From Selaginella moellendorffii (taxonomy: Eukaryota > Plantae > Lycopodiophyta), in NCBI RefSeq assembly GCF_000143415.4, contig NW_003314268.1:1131247-1195246 (forward strand): 64,000 nt of DNA. Direction: 5' to 3'. The notes beneath the pieces are model-generated. The model searched no databases, was not told where the DNA came from, and saw nothing but the letters and a program-made list of their open reading frames with translations. This document shows positions 54,361-64,000 of the stretch, one piece after another; position 1 is the first letter of the stretch; every line of letters starts with the position of its first letter. The translations under genes were made by a program, and so were the position numbers.

Positions 54361-55235
54361 GGAAGAATGTTTAGATCCACTTATGCGAAATTCTATTTAT
54401 CTCTCTATTATGCTACTTTGATAGTCTCGAAGTGCCCAAGGTGGAGCAACTTTGCTCTTGTGCACTGGCATCACAAACTAGAACACCAAACAAGCCTTTG
54501 ACACGTTAAAGTTCCACCTGTTAGCTCTTTATACAAGTCAAACTGACCTCCCACAAGACATTTGGGAGATGCTGGTGCCCCTTGATTCAGTTGGGAGCGC
54601 AAACATTTTGTATTGATTTTCAGATTTTGGGGTAGCGCCATTTATTCTTTTGATTGGCTTCACCACCAAACACGAAGAATTGTTGCACAAATCGAATCCA
54701 TCACATTGTTGATCTATGATAAGTAAAGTCCAATCGAAAGAAAATTTCCAAAGATAACATTGATTAGTGGCTAATCGATTTTATTGCCTTTCACTTGACG
54801 GGAGCAAGACGTTCGCGGGGGTAGGTCGGTCGGTCATGAAATTGACGACTTCTTTGCGTGGGGTAAAAACTAAAAGCTCAAAAGTCCTTTTTACAGTAAT
54901 TCTTACGGTCGCCGTACGTCGTGGCAGTCTGCCATTGGTTACCGCTTAATGGCTTGACGGACATATCATGCGTGGCCGCATGCTGTGAGCATGCGGATGC
55001 GTCACTCACATTTTTCACCGCGCTTTTACCCGAGGTGGATTATTTTCATCATGGGAAAATTAGAAAAAAGGGACACTATCTTTCTAGGGTGAAAAAAATA
55101 TTTCGGAGGAATGCGCGAGGCGCCGCAGCTATGGCGCACGGCGCCGGGCAGGGCTGAGGAGGTCGCGCGAGAGGGGAGGATTTGAGGAGCTTGGCGCCGC
55201 GATCGATCGATTCAGGCATTCTATGATCAGGTAGA

Positions 55236-58200
55236 ATGCCAGGGCAGAGGGTCACGATGATGCTCTCTCAGCAAAGCGTCATACGGCAGCAGCAGCCTTT
55301 CGCGAGGGATCCCGTGAGGAGCGATTTTTCGGATCATCAGCTGCTGCCCCGTCACGCTGCTCAATCGGCTGCCGAGGTCTTGGGATCCGTTTGTTTGGAA
55401 GGATTGCAAGGTGAGCTCTTTTTTTTCCTATTTTTTCCCTCGCGTGGGATTTGTTTAGGGTTCTAAGTTCTCGACTGTAGACGGGGATACGCTGTTGGCA
55501 CTGGCTCATCAAGAGTACAAGGCTGGGAACTACAAGCAGGCATTAAAACATTGCAATGTAGTACACGAAAGGAGCTCGAAACGTACTGATGTCTTGCTGC
55601 TACTTGGAGCGATCTATTACCAGGTTCTCGATACTGAATCAGTTCTTCGAAGCAAAACCTCTACTTTTTCAAACAAGTCTTGTCTAACTCGCTACGTTTG
55701 TTTCTACAGCTTCACGATTTTGATATGTGTATAGCTAAGAACGAAGAGGCTTTGAGGATAGATCCACAGTTCGCAGAGTGTTACGGAAATATGGCCAATG
55801 CATTTAAGGTAGATATTGAAGATCCAAGTACGAACTTGACAGATCTTTTTGCAGGAAAAAGGGAATGTGGACCTTGCTATTCAGTATTACCTTGTTGCTA
55901 TAGAGGTATCTTGTATCATCGTTGTAAATTAATCGTTTATTTAATGTTTTATGCAGCTGCGGCCGGGGTTTTGCGATGCATGGTCGAATCTGGCCAGTGC
56001 GTACATGCGGAAAGGGAGGCTTCAGGAAGCTGCAGCATGTTGTCGACACGCCCTGACATTGAATCCCCGTCTTGTACGTTGCAAATCGCTAGTCTTGTCA
56101 AGGGGTGATATTCCTTTTCCCATTCTTCAGGTTGATGCCCACAGCAACCTTGGTAATCTCCTCAAAGCTCAGGGCTTGGCTCCGCATGTAAGTTTGTGAA
56201 GTTTGAAACTCCTTTCTCGACGTTAAACATTTTCTTGCAGGCGTATTATTGTTATGCTGAAGCCATCCGAATACAGCCGACTTTTGCTATTGCGTGGTCA
56301 AATCTTGCTGGCCTGTTGATGGAAGCAGGGGACTACGAAAGAGCTCTTGCTTATTATCAGGTTGGAAAACGCAAAGTTTATGTTTTCTGAATTTTTATCC
56401 ATGCAGGAGGCTATTCGATTAAAGCCAAACTTTGCGGACGCTCATTTGAATCTTGGGAACGCCTTGAAAGTAAGTTGTGTGGCATGTTCCTAGTAAGCGA
56501 TCTAAAGATTCTGGTTTTTTAGAATCTTGGTAAAGCTCAGGAGTCCATAGTCTGCTACTTGCGAGCCATTCAACTCCGGCCAGACTATGCAATTGCGTAC
56601 GGTACGCGCTACTTTCCAAGCTTTCTGAATGCGTTCTGGTCGAGCTTGAGTGTGGAGTCAGACTGTGATCCCTGGCAATAGTGGTCTAACTGGCTGCGTT
56701 TCCTTGTTTTTTGTTTTTTACATGTGTGTTGATCATGAAGATGCGCGGGTTGGAGGCCATCCTGGAAGCATTCAAAGGGCTTCCTTGAAGACATTGTGTC
56801 GCAAGAGTGGTGTTAGTTGTGAAGTTAAGCTGCTTGTCAGGGATCAGCTTGTTTGTGAGCCCCTACTGCCTGTGGCCATTGTATGCCTGCTCCCTGGGTG
56901 TGTGTTTCTTCAGGCAGTTCAAGAAGGTTTGGCCGCATCGCAGCTATGTGTGGAGCATTTGGTAACATTAGTTATAGGAAGAACGGGAAGGTGCATGTAG
57001 GTCTTAGGGGAGCTTGCTGGACCCGGCATGAATGTGTGCAGGAAATCTGGCAAGCGTGTACTATGAACAAGGACAATTGGACCAGGCGATTTTGCACTAC
57101 CACAAAGCCATCATGTTGGATTCATCTTTTATAGAGGCTTATAACAATTTGGTACGATATCTTACTTCTCTTTTAGTTTTTTTCTAAGTGGAGTGGTTTT
57201 TCTCCAGGGAAATGCTCTCAAAGACGCTGGAAGGGTGGACGAAGCGATTGCTTGTTATCAGGTGAGCACTCAATTGTCCATTATAAAACGTAACTTACAT
57301 CTGGATTGGCAGCACTGTCTGACACTTCAAGCTAACCATCCTCAGGCGCTCACAAACCTTGGAAACATTTACATGGAATGGTAATTTTCAAACCTTTGTT
57401 CCTCTCATCCGCTAAGTTGAAGCCTTAGGAACATGATTTCCATGGCGGCGAATTTTTACAAGGCCACTTTGAACGTTACAACGGGTTTGTCAGCCCCGTA
57501 CAGTAACCTTGCGACTATTTACAAGCAGCAGGCAAAAGTTTCCCCTTAATGTTTTGAAGTTTTCTTGAGTGCCAAGTTCTTTACAGGGTCATTATGCTGA
57601 GGCGATAGCATGTTACAATGAAGTTCTACGGATAGATCCTACAGCGGCTGACGGCCTTGTCAATAGAGGAAACACCCTGAAAGAAGCTGGACGTGTTACT
57701 GAAGCTATTCAGGATTATTTGAGAGCAGTAGCAATAAGGCCGAACATGGCTGAAGGCCATGCAAACCTTGCATCTGCTTACAAAGACAGGTTTTGTGTGC
57801 ATACGCATAGAGTGATACTAATTTTGTGTGTTTCTGCAGTGGACATGTGGAATCTGCTATCAAGAGCTATAAGCAAGCATTGCAACTTAGGATCGATTTT
57901 CCGGAAGCCACCTGCAACTTGTTGCACACTTTGCAGGTTTGTCATTTTAAAGCAAATATCTACGGAGGATATGTAATATTTGTGTTACTCTGCAGTGTGT
58001 TTGTGACTGGGATGGAAGAGATAAAAAGTTCGAAGAAGTGCAAGAGATCATCAAGAAACAAATTAAGGTATTTTGTCTTTTTCTCTTCTTTGTCGGTTGA
58101 CCGATATAGTTATTTCAGATGGAAGTTCTTCCTAGTGTGCAACCGTTTCACGCCATCGCGTATCCATTAGATCCTTTGTTGGCGTTGGAAATAAGGTTCT

Positions 58201-60083
58201 CACGTTTTATATTAGTTTCTTTGTTCTTACCCGTACCTTACAGTCGGAAATATGCCGAGCATTGTTCTTTGGTAGCTTCACGATTTTCGCTCCAGCCATT
58301 TGTCCATCCACCTGCCGTACGTGTTAAAGACGAAGGTGGTAGCGGTAGATTGCGTTTGGGGTATGTCATTGTACTGAAAGATGTTGACGTTCCTAATGCT
58401 GTTTCCTTATTACAGTTACGTGAGCAGCGATTTTGGTAATCATCCGCTTTCTCATTTGATGGGTTCCGTTTTTAAAATGCACAATAGAAAGAATGTAGAG
58501 GTACATTTGGAAGCTTCCTTTTTTCTGTTATCTAACTCTCACTTGCAGGTGTTTTGTTATGCTTTGAGTCAAAGTGACGGTAGTGAATGGCGACAGAGAA
58601 TCATGAACGAAGCTGAGCATTTTAAAGATATGTCGGCGATGTCATCAGACATGATCGCAAGAACGATCGCTGATGATCAAATACAAGTTCTAGTTAATCT
58701 GAACGGCTACACGAAGGTCGGTGATAATTGTTAATATCTTGCTATAAAAAATTCGGTGTGTTTCTCAGGGAGCTAAAAATGAGATATTTGCTTTGAAACC
58801 GGCCCCCATTCAAGTTTCGTACATGGGATTTCCCGGGACAACGGGTGCGCAGTATATTGATTATTTGGTCGTTGACGAGGTACGTTTCCTAGATCGTCTC
58901 AAGTTTCTCTGATTGTTAGGATCATTTATATGCAGCTCGTGTGTCCGAATGAATTCGCGCATATTTATTCTGAAAAGCTTGTGCATCTTCCACACTGCTA
59001 CTTTGTCAACGATTATAAGCAGGTTCGGTTCGGCGAGATCTGAATGCCTGAAAACCAATCAACAATCTTTCAGAAAAATCGGGACGTATTGGATAGTACC
59101 AATTTGCCCAAGCGATCGGACTACGGTCTTCCGGAAGATAAGTTTATATTTGCATGTTTCAACCAGCTGTACAAGATGGATCCGGAAATTTTTACAACAT
59201 GGTAAGAGTTTTGTCTTAGAATGTCCGGGCCTGACGTTTGTCTTGATCAGGTGTAACATATTGAAAAGAGTCCCAAACAGTGCGCTCTGGCTTTTACGCT
59301 TTCCCGCAGCTGGTGAAGACCGTCTAAAAGCATGTGAGTACTTCTCATGGCTGTTGTCGATATTTCTTCTAACAGTTGCCCACTTTTCGGTAGTTGCTGT
59401 TGCGCAAGGGGTGGGACCTGGTCAAATTATCTTCACTGATGTAGCAGCCAAAAACGAGCACATTCGACGGAGTGCTTTGGCCGATCTCTTCCTGGATACG
59501 TAAGTACTGTCCGCTTGAAATCCTCTCGACTAAAACGTTTCCTTCTGTCCTTCATCCAGGCCGCTCTGCAACGCACACACAACCGGCACCGATGTGCTGT
59601 GGGCCGGACTTCCGATGATAACGCTGCCCTTGGAGAAAATGGCCACGCGTGTCGCGATGTCACTGTGCTATGCTGCCGGCTTCGGGGACGAGATGGTGGT
59701 GAAAAAGTGAGCAAGATCTTTTCGCTTTCCGTGTTTTGGAATCTAACTCGTGGCGAATCTAATCCAGGATGCAGGAGTACGAAGACAGGGCTGTGATGCT
59801 TGCAGAGAATCCAAAAGCGCTCGAGAGCTTAACCTCGAGGCTGCGATCCGTCCGCTTAACCTGCCCTCTGTTCGACACTGAGCGCTGGGTGAGTAACTTT
59901 CAATCGCTTTGCTCTTCGTACGTCCCCCGCGGCTGTGACTGACAAATCTAGCGAAACTCTCATCCTTTTCAGGTGGTTAACGCGGAGAGGTGCTACTTCA
60001 AGATGTGGAATCTTTATTGCGATGGAAAGCAGCCCCAGGCATTCAAAGTAGCCGAAAGCGAAGACTTCCCGAGTAATAGGTGA
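55236..60083 (+). CDS. SEC: O-GlcNAc transferase SECRET AGENT (TPR array + GT41), many exons
   Basis: TPRs ([28 protein letters not shown]); [74 protein letters not shown]; start could be 55257. Confidence 0.93.
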
Positions 60084-60263
60084 CACCACAAGAAACCATG
60101 AAAAGGATCAGAGATCCTCGAAAGAACGCGAGATTGTCTCACAGGATCGATCGCAAACTTCATCTCACAGAAGTTTAGAGATAACGCGAGAAGAAGCGAG
60201 TCCTCCACAGTGACGCACTCTACAATCCACTGGGTCTACAATTCTCTGGGATTTACAGAATCT

Positions 60264-60352
60264 AGACGTGCCAAGTGTGGTGACACGTGTCAGCAAAGCG
60301 GGTTGCCACGTGGCGGGCAAGGCCGATGCCTACGTGGCGGCCACTTGGCCAG
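60264..60352. promoter_or_regulatory. Cluster of G-box/ABRE (ACGT-core) elements upstream of NAA40
   Basis: GACGTGCC, GACACGTGTC, GCCACGTGGC, TACGTGGC and GCCACTTGGC within ~90 bp; TTTAAA at ~60472. Confidence 0.5.
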
Positions 60353-61358
60353 GGGTGGATATTCGTTGCGTTTGAGTTGTATGTGTGCTTTGGACAGGAC
60401 GTCGTGGACGTTGTGTAGACTGCAGTCATAGGTTCTCTCGTTTAGGCAATTTACCAAACCTGCCACAGGGGTTTAAATGTGGCCGCCGCAAGCCGTCCAC
60501 GTCTGTGCCGTGCGGTACGGGGAGATGGTGCCGTACCACCGCGGGCGCGGTGTACGGAACCCACTCTTCGTGCTTGGAGCCCCCATTTTGTGCTTGGTCT
60601 CCCCCATAATTCTTTTTCTCTGTGGATCTTTGGCGCCGGGGGACGCGATCGAGGAGCCGGCAGCCAGGGCGATGCCCCGGGGCGGACCTCGGCATCTGGA
60701 ATCCGTGCTCAGATTGCCGGTCGCTGCCGCGTCGAATCCAGGCATTGATCAGCTCCAGGGAATTCCGGCGTCATCTGGCGCATCGGATGTGAAAGGGGCC
60801 GATTGCCGCTCCTCCTTTGTTCTTGCTCCACTAGGTATGTGTCGCTCTCTTGCTTTTGATATTTCGATCGGATTCCGCGCGGGGAGCTGGATATTTGCGG
60901 GAATCGGATGTGACCGGTTGCACGATCCGTGAATTTCCTGTTCCTGGCGCCCGGATTTCGGTCTTTCTTGCCGGGATGGATTGTTTTGGGATCTTTTTTG
61001 TCTTGGATGAATGCTGCTTGTGGTATTTTTGATTTGTTCTTGCGTTGGATGAATGGATCGTGGATGGATGGATGTATTAGATTTTTGGTCTCTTGATTTT
61101 TTTTTCTCGCTTGGTTGCGTCTTCCCGAGGATGACCTTTGTTCGTTTTGGCCCTGGTGAAAACGATGCTTGTGCGTGTGAGTGTCTAGTGTGTGTGGGGA
61201 GTGTGTGGCTGTGTAGGCAGGCTTAAAGGTTAGAGATTATTACTGCACGTGTGAATTTTTGCGGGGAATATTTCGTCATATATATACTGGGCTCGGGTAA
61301 ATTCTGGTTTTTTTTTTTCTAGGATGCGGGATCGGATCGTCTGGCGCTTGCAGCTTCT

Positions 61359-62647
61359 ATGGATCGAAGCAGCAGCAAGAAGCTCAGTAGTAAAGAGAAG
61401 AAATTGAAGAGGAAAGAGGTATTAAGTCGCTTCGCTTGTGTGCTTCCGAAGAACACACCCGCGCATCAAATTCACCGTTTCGTGCTGGTGTTGTAGGAAC
61501 TTGATCGGAAGAAGGCGATTGATGAAGTTATCCGGATGGCTTACGCCAAGGAGGATCACTTGAGCGAGTTCCCGGCCTTCTTGACTTACCAGAGGAGCGG
61601 TGCGCGTTTTCTTCTTTTCTTTCCTTGGAAGATAAATCTTGGCTGTGACACTTCGCTGGTTTTGCTCCTCCAGGATTGAACCTGATCATGCAGCCGCAGT
61701 CTGGAGAGACTTTGCCTGCTCCGCTGAAACGTTATATCCAAGCCCTCCTCAAGGTAGAGTTTCGTGATTGTCCAAAACTCCGGGCCTTTTCTTTTCTTTG
61801 TCTTATGTTTGCGATCTTCCCAGGAAAACATGGAAGGACCTTACGGCTCAGAGTGGCCAGCGGAGGAGAAAGTGAAGAAGCGGGAAATGGTTGCTTCCGA
61901 GGCTCGGTACATAATTGTTCGGCAACTGGTGGAGGATCCTGGAAAGCACGATGGACTCTGGAGAGACGGCGGTGACCCCGTGGTGTCTTTTGTGCAGTTT
62001 CGGTTCCTCATCGACGAGGAAATCCCGGTGCTGTATGTGTACGAGCTGCAGCTCGAGAAGTGCGTCCAGAAGAAAGGCCTTGGAAAATTTCTCATGCAAC
62101 TCCTCGAGCTGGTTGCGCGAAAGGTTCAGTTTTCCTTTTATTTTTTTGGTCCTGGTTTTTCTTACAGATTTTTTCTCGTCCTTTTTACAACTTTCAATGC
62201 AGAACAACATGAAGGCAGTGCTTTTAACCGTTCAGAAGAGAAATCTTGCGGCCATGGCCTTCTATTCCAAGCTGAAGTAAGCAAAGAAGTCTCTGGTTCC
62301 TCTCTCTCGAGCTTTTAATATTTTTCCCATCCCCAGGTACGTGGTCTCCAGCATCTCGCCTTCAAGAGTCGATCCACTGGTAGTACTAAAAGTCTTAAAG
62401 ATCATCAAACTTTCACATATAACGTGCTGCTCTGTCCAGATTGGAGCTGAAAAGAACTACGAAATTTTGTGCAAGACGTTCGATCCAGAAGCGAAGGCAA
62501 AGCTGGAGGTACGTAAAATAAAACTCGATCGATCGATCGAAAGCGCAGCGCTTTAGATGATTTGGTTCTCTCTTGGCCTAACGTTTTCTCTCTTTTTTTC
62601 TGGCTCGTTCGTCGTTTGGTTTTGTCATCTTCCAGGATGCAAGCTGA
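61359..62647 (+). CDS. NAA40: N-alpha-acetyltransferase 40 (NatD, GNAT)
   Basis: NMEGPYGSEWPAEEKVKKREMVASEARYI, FVQFRF, VLYVYELQLE, KGLGKFLMQLLE, VLLTVQKRN, SSISPSRVDP, YEILCK. Confidence 0.9.
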
Positions 62648-63014
62648 GATTCTTTTGCAGAGATTTGTAGCTATTCAAATTCAATATTCCATTTATTTTT
62701 CACTTTTTTCAACTTCGGATAAAGCGAGCGCTCGACCGTACATCCAACGGCCCAGAATTGAGCTCATTGTCCGCGCGTCGATGACGTCCATCTAGCCTGC
62801 TCCAATGCTGCCACGTGTCATGTGTGGAAGGTTTTGTGTTGGTGTGAGGTGACCGGGAGGAGCGTGTTGGCGCTCTAGCGCAATGCTGCCCCTCCTCTCT
62901 CTCGCGCGATCGCTCGATCACAGCGGAGAAGCTCCTCCCCGATCGCAGGTAAGTCTCTCGCCGCGACTCTAGGGTTTACAAATGCGCCAAATGCGGCGGC
63001 GTCGGCAGTGATCG

Positions 63015-64000
63015 ATGAGGAAGGACCGCGTGCGCAGGATCGTCGCTCTTGTGATCGTCCTCAATCTCATCCAGCTCGGGTATTTCTTCCTCCACCGATC
63101 GATCGAGCAGCAAAATCCAGACAGGGATGAGCAGCTGCCGCCCAAGGCCAGGGTCCATTCCTACGTCGTCAAGAAATGGTCGCTGGTGGAATCCTACTCT
63201 CCATGGCTGCCGGCTGATCGAAGCTCCTCGCATTCCTGCGAGGCCTTTTTCGGGAATGGATTCTCGGATTTGCGGAGAGTGGTGGATCATTCCGGGAGCT
63301 ATGGAGGCTCGTTTCGCTGCTACCATAGCGACGCTCTCAAGACCTCGGTCTGCGAGGGGACCAAGATGGTGATGCATGCATCGAGAATCTCCATGACCGC
63401 TGGAGGGGAGGAGATCGATGCGGTGATTGGAAGGGAGGAGCAGGAGGAGCTGCCAGTGTTCCAGGTGGGAGCTTTCGAGCTCCAAGTCCCGGACGAGGCG
63501 GATGGAAAGGCTTTGGTGGAGGGTGGTCGGCTGGACGAGGTGATCGCGAGAGGTCACGGTGGCAATCGCCATGGCTTGCGCTCCTTGGTGGAATCCATCC
63601 GGACGGTTTCTTCCAAGAGCTCGCGCTGCTCCGAGGTAAGTTTTTCCATTTGTTCTTCTCTCGTCAACTTGTTGGGCTTTTGTTCTTCGTTTTTCCATTG
63701 TAGGTGATCACCAAGCCAACGCTGTTCGTCACGAGGTTCGAGTACGCCAATCTCTTCCACACCGTCACCGATTGGTATAGCTCCTACGCGAGCTCTCGCG
63801 TCGTTGGGCTGGAGGAGCGGCCGATGGTGGTGTTCTTGGATGGGCACTGCAAGGTAAAACGCGATCAACTCTTTCTGTCGCAGCTATGACAGGTTTTTTT
63901 CCTCTTTTCTTCCACAGTCTCCCATGGACGATGGCTGGGAAGCGTTCTTCAGCGGTGTCAAATACGCCAAGCACTTTGGCGACAACGTTTGCTTCGACCG
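63015..64000 (+). CDS. XYLT: Beta-(1,2)-xylosyltransferase (GT61), 5' part, runs off the window
   Basis: Type II anchor; SCEAFFGNGF, TSVCEG, GGEEIDAVIGREEQEELP, PTLFVTRFEYANLFHTVTDWYS, VFLDGHC. Confidence 0.88.

Overview
Eukaryotic plant nuclear DNA. It is gene-dense with very short (~50-60 nt) GT-AG introns, PLS/DYW PPR genes and AT-rich repeat islands; the style is most consistent with a lycophyte such as Selaginella (inference). Genes in order: ZTP29-like ZIP transporter, BASS4-like symporter, TMEM230-like protein, a rearranged and duplicated block (PPR fragments, two intact AT-rich secreted bulb-lectin genes, nested Ty3/gypsy elements), an intact 853-aa PLS-E PPR, a CASTOR/POLLUX/DMI1 channel, a non-autonomous LTR element, a small conserved protein, tRNA-Arg(ACG), F-box protein 7, a BAHD acyltransferase, a LINE remnant, a PPR-DYW gene, LCAT-like, ATAD3, GH9 endoglucanase, ChaC/GGCT2, a plastid Zn-finger membrane protein, SECRET AGENT O-GlcNAc transferase, NAA40 and a partial beta-1,2-xylosyltransferase. 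The top finding is a 66-nt first exon missed by the ORF track. Spliced in frame, it gives the PPR-DYW deaminase an N-terminal OSB-type 'PDF' ssDNA-binding motif in place of a transit peptide. All assignments are from manual reading and recalled family motifs; no searches were run.
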